From assembly GCF_006345805.1 (NCBI RefSeq), contig NC_043005.1, forward strand, positions 17,174,001 through 17,238,000: a DNA stretch of 64,000 nucleotides. The letters are read 5' to 3'. Position 1 is the first letter of the stretch. Each line of letters opens with the position of its first letter. A program made the position numbers and the translations under genes. The stretch is from Octopus sinensis. Lineage: Eukaryota. Of this stretch, positions 52,270 through 64,000 are shown piece by piece. The notes beneath the pieces are model-generated. The model ran no database searches. It was not told the origin of the DNA and worked only from the letters and a program-made list of their open reading frames with translations.

Positions 52270-53430
52270 CATCAGCATCATCATTTAGCATGCATTGTCT
52301 ATGCTGGCATGGGTTGGATGGTTTGACCAGGGCATGGTTTCTATGGCTGGGTGCCCTTCATATATGTGTGTGTGTGTGTGTTGTGTGTTTGTTCTCTACT
52401 GCTGCCTGACAACCAGTGTTGGTGTGTTTACATCCCTATAATTTAGTGGTTTGACAGAAGAGACTAATAAAATGAGTATCAAGCTCTAAAAGCAACAAAT
52501 ACTAAAGATGATCTGTTTGATTAAAATTCTTGATGGGGGATGCCCCAAAATGGCTGCTGTCCAATGACTGAAACAAGTAAAAGATATATTTTGTTATTTC
52601 CTACATGAATGTCCTGAACTGGCATTTAAACTGGCCATATGTGGCCAAAACATTCTACAAGCTTTATGTTCAAACTGGCCAGATCCTGCTTCTCTTGCTT
52701 CCTACAATGCCGTTCTAGAAATATACAATCGCATCAATGAAATCTGTATTCTTCAAGATGATGCATATTTAATTCAAAATGATGTGAATAAATAAGCATT
52801 ATATTTGATAAAGTAATCTGAATGCCAAAGGATAAACCAGCTACATCTGTCCCAAATATTCCACCTGTTATATGCTCAAACTGTCCAGATCTGGTCTCTC
52901 ACACCTACCCTTCAATGTTATTCTACAAACAAACAGCCATATCATTGAAATCTTAAAGCTATGTTACAATGCATGATTAAATCAAAATAATGTGAATAAA
53001 TAAGTGGATGCTAAAAGGTTAAGGTGCTTAAAGACTGTAAAAATCTAATTAATGAAATTCCCCACCATCATTACCACCATAAATAAATAAATAAATAAAT
53101 TGATTTGAAATATTTAAAAAGTTTTAGTCATATTTTTTACTGAATTGTGGTAAAAAAATTCTAAATTTTATTTTCGGGTCAATCTATAAATTTGTCAAAA
53201 TGACACAAAAATTTAGAGAAAAACATATGAAAACACAGCAAAAATTATCAATGTAAAATTTCAAATATTTAATTAAAAAAATAAAAAGAAAAAGAAAGCC
53301 CAAGGCAATTGGGATACAAACCAATTCCAAAACAAACTGGAATTTCTTTCCCACTCAATGATTCCAACAATATATATATAAAAAAAAAACATTATTACTC
53401 ATGAGAGATAACAATGTTAGTGGGTGCAAG

Positions 53431-53465
<35 letters not shown>

Positions 53466-53480
53466 CATACATACACACAC

Positions 53481-53535
<55 letters not shown>

Positions 53536-54073
53536 GTATTTATATATATATATATATACACACACACACATATATATATATGCATATACATATATAGGGA
53601 GAATTCACAAAAAAAAAAACCAGAGGACGAGGACAGGTGATGTAGACTACAAACGGATGTATTAATTTAACGCTCGGTAAGTGGAAATGTCTTTAATGTT
53701 TCAAGCCTATGCTCTTCGACAGAAAGGAACACAGAAAGAAACAAGGAGAGAAAAAAGAATGTGCAGTGGCTAGTGATCTATCTGTCTACCTACCTATATA
53801 TATTATTATATATATATATAATATATATATATTATATATATATATTATATATATATACACACACACAAACATATATATACACACACACACATATAATATA
53901 GTTTACATCCATTTAAAAGAAGAAAAGACAATGGAGATAAGGATGTTAATAATTATTTATTATCAAGAACAAATTGGTCATCATTGCTTCTTACAGCTGT
54001 TTCAAGTGAAGATGACTAATTTGTTGTTAGTAAAAAATAATTATTAACTGCTTTATCTTTTCTTCTTTTAACT

Positions 54074-54460
54074 GGATAGTTAGTTAGTTAATTTGGCTCA
54101 AAAGCAAATAGCAAGGCCATGTAGGGGGACATGGAGTTAAGTACAGGGTGGTGTTCATATAAAGAGTTCAGGCCACTTGAGGTCCAGGGAGGCTTTGAAC
54201 AAAGCGGTCGTCGGCATCTTCACCATCTCGTCTGGCAGCTTGTTCCGGAACCGCAACCCGGATGGAGAAAGCTCCTCTCCTTCGATTGAGATGAAATCGT
54301 CGCAGGTAGAGCTTTTCGGAATGACCCCGCAGCCGACGCTCTGGAGCAGGAGTGAAGAACAGCTCTTTCGAGAGGTTACACTTTCCGCTTATGATGTTGT
54401 GGGCGAGAATGAGATCACCACGGTGGTGGCGTTTTTCTAAAGAATAAAGGTCGAGCGTCC
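54074..54460 (-). mobile_element. CR1-clade LINE 3' fragment
   Basis: Translation LYSLEKRHHRGDLILAHNIISG...RLRGHSEKL...FSIRV..NKLPDEMV...LFKASLD (one frameshift) is the CR1 RT C-terminus. It ends in an (AACT)n tail. Confidence 0.85.
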
Positions 54461-54602
54461 TCTAAACTATATGCTTAATATATCCCTATTGTTTAAAGAG
54501 AATTTCATTTCCCAACAATACTGGGTACTGAACCAGCATTTCCTTGGATGCAACCAGCCCTTCATGAGGTTAACATATCCTCTAATTAAATTTCATATAA
54601 GT

Positions 54603-54930
54603 GAAGGCACACGGCTCAGTGGCTAGAGCGTTGAGCTGATGATTGTGAGGTTGTGAGTTCAATTCTCGGACCGGGTTGTGTGTTGTGTTCTTGAGCAAGA
54701 CACTTTATTTCATGTTGCTCCAGTTCACTCTGCTGTAGAAATGAGTGCCAAGCTGTATCAATCTTTGCCTTTCCCTTGGATAACATCAGTGGTGTGGAGA
54801 GGGGAGGCTGGTATGCATGGGCGACTACTGGCCTTCCATAAACAATCTTGTTTCTGGACTTGTACCTCAGAGGGTAACTTTCTAGGTGCAATCCCATGGT
54901 CAATGGTCATTTATGACCGAAGGGACTCTC
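54603..54930 (+). mobile_element. tRNA-derived SINE (family D)
   Basis: Colinear with 22690-23020. Confidence 0.8.
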
Positions 54931-54950
54931 CTCATATATATATATATATA

Positions 54951-55177
54951 AGGCGGCGAGCTGGCAGAAACGTTAGCGCGCCAGGCGAAATGCTTACCGG
55001 TAATTCGTCTATCATTACGTTCTGAGTTCAAATTCCGCTGAGGTCGACTTTGCCTTTCATCCTTTCGGGGTCGATAAATAAAGTACCAGTTTTGCACTGG
55101 GGTCGATGTAATCGACTTAATCCCTTTGTCCTTGTTTGTCCCCTCTATGTTTAGCCCCTTGTGGGCAGTAAAGAAAT
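54951..55177 (+). mobile_element. Young tRNA-derived SINE (family C)
   Basis: AGGCGGCGAGCTGGCAGAA head and CTTTCATCCTTTCGGGGTCGATAAATAAGTACCAG core, with CpGs retained. Confidence 0.85.
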
Positions 55178-55217
55178 ATATATATATATAATTATATATC
55201 TAAAACAAATGGCTTAC

Positions 55218-55367
55218 ACCTGGTAGTTTACTGGTAAAGCACAGTCACTTTCACAGTGATCATTAGGTATATGGCAGATGGAAGGTGGAATATATGAGAA
55301 TCTGTGGATTTTATTTTTGATCTTCTGTATAAATGAAGATATTTCCTCCGTCTGGCTGCTTTTCTCT
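55218..55367 (-). CDS. Candidate 150-nt symmetric (phase 2-2) exon of unknown product
   Basis: TTTCTGTTTCGTAG| acceptor and |GTAAGC donor, with a single open frame (EKSSQTEEISSFIQKIKNKIHRFSYIPPSICHIPNDHCESDCALPVNYQ). No domain recognised. Confidence 0.3.
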
Positions 55368-55584
55368 CTACGAAACAGAAAGTTACATTGCAGAACAGTC
55401 ATTTTAATGAGTTGTATTTATCACCCGACGGGATACATCTGCACCACTGGATGCTCCTGAGCCAGTTGTTGAGTGTCCCACCCATGAGGAATCAATGCTA
55501 GATGTGTCGAAACAACTGTCGTGATAAATAATAAATTCTCATATATTTCATCTTCCGTCTTTCATTTGCCATATTATGTTATAT

Positions 55585-55648
<64 letters not shown>

Positions 55649-56451
55649 CGCGTGTGCGTGTGCATGTGTATGTATGTAAGTAAATAAACGGAGATGCTAT
55701 TCAAATTCTTTTACTTTCGACATGTTTCGAAGACAACATTGGTTTTATTCCAAAGGAATAAACGGTGCAAAATGTAATCTCATATGAAATATGAGAGTAT
55801 TGTAGTTCGCTGGAAGCATTGTGCATTGATTGTGGAATATAACATGTCTTGAATGGTACAACAATGCAGAGTGGACTATAATAACTGTTATAATTTAATT
55901 ATTCATAGTCTGACATAATATTTCGGAATATAAAAATTCCTTCTTCAGATATTGCTAGGAATTGATCAAGTCACTGCTGTAATTGGTTTTCCATATATTA
56001 ACGAAACTATTGTTTTGAACAATGAATATTGATGAAGTGACAATAGTTACGTTAACTTGGCAGAATTGTTAGCATGCTGGGCGAAATGCTTAGTGGCATT
56101 TCACCTGTCATTGCATTCTAAGTTCAAATTCCACGAAGGTAGACTTTGCTTTTCATCCTTTCAGGGTCGATAAACTAAGTACCAGTGAAATACTGAAGTT
56201 GATGTAATCAAATTTCAGGCCTTGTGCCTATAGCAGAAAGGATTATTATTATTATGAAGGTGGCGTGCTGGGTTGATCTAATCGACTGGCTCCCTTCCCC
56301 AAACTTTCGGGACTTTTGTCAAGAATAGAAAAAATTTTTTATTATTATGTATTAGTGCATCAGATAAAATGCCTAGTGACATTTCCTCTGGATCTTTATG
56401 TTTTAGGGGTCAATAAAGTAAATGCTAGTTGAACACTGGGGTTGAAACTAT

Positions 56452-56821
56452 TATTACCTTCGCCTTAACGAAGGCAGAAGTATTGTTTTCAGTCATGTTT
56501 GTTTGTTTGTCTGTGGACAAGATATCTTGAGAATCACTGGATGGATTCAGATGAAACTTTCAGGGATGTTTGGCCTCGTGACTGGCACAAACTGATTAGA
56601 TTTGGGGATCGATCTGGTACCGGACAAGGATTCTGGATTATTTTTCCAGTTTTTTTTTACTTAATTTCTGAGAGCAGTTGGGTTCATTTTAGTATTCTTG
56701 TTTGTGAGAGCAGACGAGTTTATTTCTGATATTCCCATTTTAAAAATCATCTCTGGCTAATCGTTGAGAGGATGTTAGTGTTGCCTTGGTGAAGGTTTGT
56801 GCTCTCTGAGTGCTCTTGTTA
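56452..56821 (+). mobile_element. Helentron-associated (HINE/DINE-like) non-autonomous element
   Basis: Starts TATTACCTTCGCC, has a GTTTGTTTGTTTGTCTG tract, and ends GGTGAAGGTTTGTGCTCTCTGAGTGC (sub-terminal inverted ACCTTCGCC/GGTGAAGGT). The architecture is recalled from DINE-1-like elements. Confidence 0.55.
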
Positions 56822-57649
56822 TTGTTGTCGTTATTAAAATGTCAAGTTGGCAGAATGTTAGCATGCTGGGCAAAACGCTTAGTGCCATTTCTTCCAGTTT
56901 TACCTCCTGATTTCAAATTCTATTGAGGTTAGCCTTACCTTTCATCCATTCCAAGGGTCAATAAAGCAAGCACCAGTTGAGCAATGGGGTTGATGTAATC
57001 AATTTGCACCCTGCCCCAAGCTTGCTGGCTTTCAGCCAAAATTTGAAACAATAGTTATTATCTTTTATAGGCACAGGTGTGGCTGTGTGGTAAGAAGCTT
57101 ACTTCCCAACCACATGGTTCCAGGTTCAGTCCCACTGTGTGACACCTTGGGCAAGTGTCTCCTACTCTAGCCTCGGGCCGACCAAAGCCTTGTGAGTGGA
57201 TTTGGGAGACAGAAACTGAAAGGAGCCCATCGTAGTATATATATATTTGTGTGTTTACGTCCCCATAACTTGGCAGTTCAGCAAAAGAGACTGATAGAAT
57301 AAGTACAAAGCTTACAAAGAATAAGCCCTTGTGTCAATGACATCGACTCCCAGGACTTCTCGTCTACTACACCATTAAGCACACCTACGTGTTCCTAAGA
57401 GGTGCACAGCATTGTCTTCAAGGGACTGTAGACCTGTTAGTAGGCTTCACTGGTTTCCCTTGTTGTGAGGTGTGTTTTGTTGTTATTTCCACTTGTTACC
57501 CTGTCTATTGTTGATAGCAATACAATTGACTATGTGCTGTTGCTGTGTGGGTCGTGTCATTGCATCATACCGAGAATATGTGCTGAGTTACTATATTGTG
57601 GGCTGTGATACTGTTTAGCCTCAGGGTCAACTCTGGTCGAATATAATCT

Positions 57650-58488
57650 TTGTTCTTTTAGTCTTTTACCTGCTTCAGTAATTTGGCTGTGGCCATGCTG
57701 GAGCACCGCCTTTAGTCGAGCAAATCGACCCCAGGACTTATTCTTTGTAAGCCTAGTACTTATTCTATTGGTCTCTTTTTGCTGAACTGCTAAGTTACAG
57801 GAGACATAAACACACCAGCATCTGATGTCAAGTGATGGTGTGGGGACAAATATAGACACACAAACACACATGCACATATATATATATAGATATATATATA
57901 TGTGATGGACTTCTTTCAGTTTCCATCTACCAAATCCAATCACAAGGCTTTGGTTGGCCCGAGGCTTTAGTAGAAGCACTTGCCCAAGGTGTCTCAGGAG
58001 ACTGAATCCTGAACCAGTGGTTGGTAAGCAAGCTACTTACCACACCTGTGCCTTTGTTCAAAGTTTCATCTTTTCTTTTCTCTTTTGCTTTGTTTCAGTC
58101 ATTAGACTGTGGCCATGCTGGGGCACCACCTTGGAGAATTTCCAGTTGAATGTATCGACTGCAGCACTTGCTTTCTATAAGCTTGGTACTTATTCTATTG
58201 GTCTCTCTTGTCGAACCGCTAAGTTATGGGAACATAAACACACCAACACCAGTTGTCAAGTGGTGGTGGTGGTGGTGGGGGACAAACATAGACACACATA
58301 CATAGATAAAAATATGCACATATAAAACGGGCTTCTTTCAGTTTCCATCTACCATATCCACTCACAAGGCTTTGGTCAGACCAAGGCTACAGTAAAAGAC
58401 ACTCGCTCAAGGTGCCACGCAGTGGGACTGAACTTGAAACTGTGTGGTTGGGAAGCAAGCTCCTTACCACACAGCCACACCTGTGCCT
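57650..58488 (-). mobile_element. Two head-to-tail family A SINEs (57650-58053, 58070-58488)
   Basis: Each ends in CACACCTGTGCCT (reverse-complement head) and carries the core and microsatellite. Confidence 0.8.
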
Positions 58489-59169
58489 AAAAGATTTCAA
58501 GTAATGAGCATCCGGTTTTTACTTTCTTCAGCAATAACATATATTATCCAAAGTGACTTTAAAATAAGATAGAGGAAGAGAGAGAGAGAGAAAGAGAGAG
58601 AGGAAGAGAGAGAAAGAGAGAGAGAGAAAACGGGCATTATTTGAGAGAGATTTAGCTACTGTTTCTAAGATTGCACAGAGCTTCCTGTGTTGGGTCATGT
58701 AGGCTGTGTACTTACTTAAACCCTATGCACCCTATAGAGCATAGCCTATTGGTGACTTTTCTCTCTCCTGTCCTTGACTTGGGTTGTAAGGCCCTCCATT
58801 TCCAGGTCTTGTGATTCTTAATTGTCATTGGCCATTCTTAAACTTTGCCTTTTATCTAGGTAGGGGTGTTAGCCCCACGCAAACCCATTCTCACCTCTGA
58901 GAGGACTTGAGCCATACAAGTCTGACCTCTGTCTTTTGAACAGTCCAGCATCAGCGGTCCTATCAAGAGGCTTATGCTCTACTGGCATAGCTCTTAGGGT
59001 CAGCGAGGCATGCAAACCATCACAGCACAACAAGGACAGGGCCTTGCAGTGGATGCAGGTTGTGTGAGTTTATACAAGATGGGCACCGAGAGATTTAAGC
59101 TATTGAATTGTATGTGAGTGTGTGTGTGTGTGTTTGAGTCAATGTGTGTGAGTGAGTATGAGTGATTTG

Positions 59170-59205
<36 letters not shown>

Positions 59206-60412
59206 GTGTGTGTGTGTGTGCATGTGAGTGAATGTGTGTGTGTGTGTGTGTAGCACTGTGTGTAAAGTGTAGTCTGTACCTGGCAGAGTACATTTGTGCC
59301 TAGGGTTGTAAGGCCCACACTTCCTTGCAGGCTCACTTAAAATAGAGTGATGAGAGGGTTAGGGTTACAATTAGCAGTAAAGATAAATGTTGTGTCTGCA
59401 AAGGGATAAGGTCCAGTGGACCAAGTTGAAACTTGACCATGATATAGAGCAACTTACAAAAATCATAAAGGCAAGTGATACAATACAGGGCAGACTTATC
59501 AAACCCACACCATGGAAAAATGGATGATAAAGATGATGATGATGATGATGACGATGATGATGGCAATGATGATGGTGATGACAGTGATAATGATGATGGT
59601 GGTAGTGTTGGTGATGACGATGATGATGATGATGGTGATAGTAGTGATGATTAAATATAAATAATCTGGATATGAAAGTGAATCAGAATAAAGTTAATGG
59701 CTTTATTTTGTGATGTGTGGAAAGCCTAGTGCAGTGTAGTGTGTGCAAGTACGGTGTATGAGTGTGTGTGGTAGTCGTGTGTGTGTGTGTGTGCACGTGT
59801 GTAGCTGTGGGTGGAATGCAGTATGCAATGTGCATCTGCTTGTATGATGAATGTGGTGTGTAGCACATGGTGATGGTGTCTGAATTATGCGACGTATATA
59901 TATATATATACACACATACATACGTGTAGCTTTGGAGAGGTGGAATGTGTACATAGTGTATATGGATGGAATGTGTGTGTGATATACATATGTGATGTAT
60001 CAGCGTGAGAATAGAGAGTGGGTGTGTGCATACTTGCACGTGTGTATGTATTTTCTATGTGCAGATGTAAAGGGAATCTATGTACGGCATCTGTATACAA
60101 ATCTGTGCGTGTGTGTATAGTGTGAAATTGTATGTACCGTATGTGTGTATAAGTCTATTGGTATGTTTCTGCTGATATCTGCATGTTTAATGTGTAACAG
60201 GAAAAGTAACAGCTTAAAGTCAGCCATATATATATATATATAATATATATATATAATATATATATATAGATATATATATATATATATAATATAAGTACTA
60301 TATATATGTATGTATAAAACTTAGATAAAAACTTAGATATGCTTCGACCAAAGATTGGTCCAGGTCATGTCTAACATAACAGCACCACCAGATAGGATTA
60401 TCTAAATCCTTT

Positions 60413-60550
60413 TTAAGTCAAGTTTTGTGGTATTATGGTACATTCAAGTAGTGAGTTCTTGTTGAGTGAGTTGTATTCAGGCATAGGTGGCTTATCTGGC
60501 ATTCCTTGAAGAAATTTGTCCAGACTCCATTTAAAGGTGATGGGATCCTG
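60413..60550 (-). mobile_element. LINE (CR1/L2-group) ORF2 extreme C-terminal fragment
   Basis: Translation QDPITFKWSLDKFLQGMPDKPPMPEYNSLNKNSLLECTIIPQNLT* resembles the FK..LDKFL..PD.P...Y....NSL end of invertebrate LINE RTs. Confidence 0.65.
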
Positions 60551-60963
60551 TGTATATATGTATATATATATATATATATATTTGTTTAAAAAAATGAAGT
60601 TCGAAAATCTGCTGCTGTATTATACAATTTTTAATTTTTATATATACATTATAACATGTTTCAGTTCCTGAAATGAACCTTATCAAAAAAGTTTATATAT
60701 AAAAAAGGACAGCTCATACCGTCAAACACAGAAATCATTTTAATACACAACGGAGTCAGACATCTTAGAGTTCATGTATAGTTGATATATATTATGTTAG
60801 TTATTGATATATAGTTTGAAGTATATGTTCAAAGTGTTCGATGCAGTGGCCCACGAGTAACAGGTTTTGTTGAATTTTGCTGCTTTTAAATAAAGCATAT
60901 TACTCTACCCCTGGTATTTGAGTACCTTTATCCACCTTATTTCACATTATGTGTTTACTCAGG

Positions 60964-61001
<38 letters not shown>

Positions 61002-61433
61002 ATAGCTATGTTGATGCAAACAGAAAAATAGAACTTAAGATATGAGTATATGTATAATTTCATTACTATTTAGCAGAAGTAACAAAGTGACTCAAGGTCT
61101 AAGAGTTTCACGTGTTAGCACTTACCAAACTTTCAGCAACAGCCATCTTTATCTAATACACACCACACCACACACACACACACACCACACACACACACAC
61201 AGTGGCTGACAAGTGAGCAGAAATATGGAGCCAAAGGAATACTTTAATCTTCTTAAAAACATAATTTCTCCAGTTCTGGTAGACATGGTAACTATATACC
61301 GAGTTAACACCAAGCACTCTAAAAGCGGATTGTGTTGGGAAGGGCACTCCAGTTTGTTGAGGAAGACAATGATATCCAGGAAAAGTGGACATAAAATGAT
61401 GATGATGATGATGATGACATCTCTAGTTTAGAC

Positions 61434-61564
61434 CAGTGTTTCTCAATCTTTTTAGCCTTTTTACCCCAGGCGTGGCACCTTGGGCAAGTGTCTTCTACTA
61501 TAGCCTCGGGCTGACCAAAGCCTTGTGAGTGGATTTGGTAGACAGAAACTGAAAGAAGCCCATC

Positions 61565-61604
<40 letters not shown>

Positions 61605-62471
61605 GTGCGTGTGTGTGTTTGCCCCCCCCCCCACATCAATTGACAACCGATGCTGGTGTGTTTACGTCCCCATAACTTAGTGGTTCGGCAAAAGAGACCG
61701 AAAGAATAAGTACTAGGCTTACAAAAAATAAATCCTGGGATCGATTTGCTCGACTAAAGGTGGTGCTCCAGCATGGCCACAGTCAAATAACTGAAACAAG
61801 TAAAAGAGTAAAGAGTTGTGTAACCCTCAAAATAAATCACATATCTCAAGGAATCCCTGCACAAAAAAAAATTATATATACGTGTGTGTGTGTGATATTT
61901 GCCATGTGAACTAAGATGAAAAATATGAAAAAGATATAGTATATAATTTAAATTATAGCCATGAAACGTATGTAGTTTTTTTTTACTTATTAAGTATTTA
62001 TTATATATTATATATTGTTTATTCATTTTTGCACTTTTTGTGATCTAGTTATATGTTTTAAAATATACCTCATTTTTTATTTATGATTTGGTTTATGCCT
62101 ATCATTGTTTGAATTGCATAATAGTGGTTTTTCTCTAATTTATATATTAAATTGAATTTTTCCCTATAAGTTTGGAGTTAGGGCCGACCAAGGCCTTGTG
62201 AGCAGATTTGATAGACAGAAACTGAAAGAAGCCTGTTGTCTGTGAGTGTAGAGTGTCCATAAATTACAAACATTACTAAATATGTCCCTAATAGTTATAT
62301 TTTTTTGATAAACATAATAGGTTAGATAGGATGATGTCTATATTACAATTACCAATAATATTTTGTGCATGTATAGTAATATTAAGATAATGAAATTAGC
62401 ATTAGCTTATCTCACTCTTTCTTGCGGAACCCCTAGGATCCTTTTGCAGGGAACCCCGTTGAGAAACACTG
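61434..62471. mobile_element. hAT (Charlie-like) MITE with nested insertions
   Basis: TIRs CAGTGTTTCTCAA and TTGAGAAACACTG, with an 8-bp TSD GTTTAGAC at 61426-61433 and 62472-62479. Confidence 0.88.
61470..61814 (+). mobile_element. Family A SINE (5'-truncated) nested in the hAT MITE
   Basis: Runs from GCGTGGCACCTTGGGCAAG to AAGTAAAAGAGTAAAGAG. Confidence 0.85.
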
Positions 62472-63235
62472 GTTTAGACAGAAGAGAAAAGGTAGTACCC
62501 TATAACTTTTGCAAGGTTCATGACAGGTGAAGGATAGAGAGACCTGAAACCTGGTCCAGATTGCTAGCAATAGACTGTGGGCTCTGCTAAAGGCACTCAA
62601 GGAGCAAGTGTTGGTGGTGGCATTGGTATTGGTATTGGTGTTGAACCAGGTGATAGAATAGATTAGATGCAGGTCTTTAACTTGACTGTGCCAAACAGAT
62701 CATAATATAACAGCTGACAATATTATCCAGTTCTTTATCTGATGAGCCATACTAAAATTTGGTGCTTTACCATCAAGAATCTACTTGTTATTGATGGTAT
62801 ATATAGCTCTCTCTCTCTCTGTTTCTGTCTGCCTGTCTCCCACCCTGACTCTCTCACTTTCTCTTTTTTTCTCTCTCTCTCTCTCTCAGAAGTAGAGAGC
62901 TTCAGGCTTTGAATTTGCTCTTAGTAGTTTAGATGCTTTACTGATTATTTTCTGCTAGTGAAGGAATTTTTGTGGTTACCGCAAGCAACTTAATGTCCAG
63001 TTGTAGGCATGTGTCTGTAGCTGTGTGTGTGGCTATGTGTGTGAGATTAAATCTTTGTATGTGTATGCTGGTGCAAGGACAAACTCAAGGACTAAACATT
63101 CTACAGTTCTTCATAACACACACACACACACACACACAATATACACATGTACAAACACACACTAAACATATCCACACTCGTGTATACATACAAACACACA
63201 TAAATATGTAACATAAACACATACAAAATTTGTAT

Positions 63236-63297
<62 letters not shown>

Positions 63298-64000
63298 CTC
63301 TCACACACACACACACAAAACTCTATATACATGACACATGCGCATATACAGACCTACATACAACATATCTCACACATACACACACACACACACACGAAGT
63401 GGATGGTGGATGGTAGAGCAAGGCGTGGTCCTTTTAACCACCATGGCAACAAGCCAGATTCCAGAACACACACACCATTCCTATCATCATATCCTTCACC
63501 ACACCACCCGGTTAAGCATCTATGCTACCATCACTATAAAGATATTACCACTATCATTACAATACAGATACCACCACCACCACCACCACCAAAATATACA
63601 CATCCCCATCATGCCACTATTACTACCATCATACTCAAATCTTTAACATCCCATCACAACTACAATAAAGACATCCCCAGCCGACATCACCACCACAACT
63701 GCCGCCAGCGTCGTCACTGTATATACATTCCCACCAGCAGCCTCTATGTGGTGTCTCGACGTGCTAGAAACAGCAACCAAATTTTCTCAAAACATTTTTA
63801 TTGGATTAATAAAAGACATAGAACGTAGTCTTATGTAGACGTTACAAAAAAAAAAAAATACTGGCTGGTCATGGTTGGAATGTCTTTGATCATAGGGCTA
63901 AACAACAAGCATCAAACTGCACTACCACCACCACCACCACCACCATCACCTCTCACTCTCTTTGGCAGCAACATCAGCAGTCTCCATCACTGATAATACT

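Noticed and set aside
54177-54440. 87-aa plus-strand ORF with higher GC
   Set aside because: It is the antisense reading of the CR1 LINE fragment.

Overview
This is 64 kb of AT-rich, repeat-dense animal nuclear DNA. Its SINE, MITE and microsatellite content looks like an octopod cephalopod genome; this is inferred from remembered repeat families and was not checked against a database. Nearly every entry in the ORF track is an artefact of (TA)n/(CA)n/(TG)n tracts or SINE read-through. One protein-coding exon is well supported: a 123-bp minus-strand exon (50066-50188) encoding a NIDO-domain motif, with weaker candidate neighbouring exons. A compact CpG-rich CCAAT/CRE/E-box/CRE cluster at 32.0-32.1 kb looks like a real promoter or enhancer. 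The rest consists of at least four tRNA-derived SINE families (one carrying a built-in microsatellite), 3' fragments of RTE and CR1-type LINEs, two non-autonomous Helitrons, piggyBac-, hAT- and Tc1/mariner-type MITEs, fold-back elements, large microsatellite fields and several recent local duplications. I found no rRNA, true tRNA, CRISPR array or intact transposase/RT ORF.
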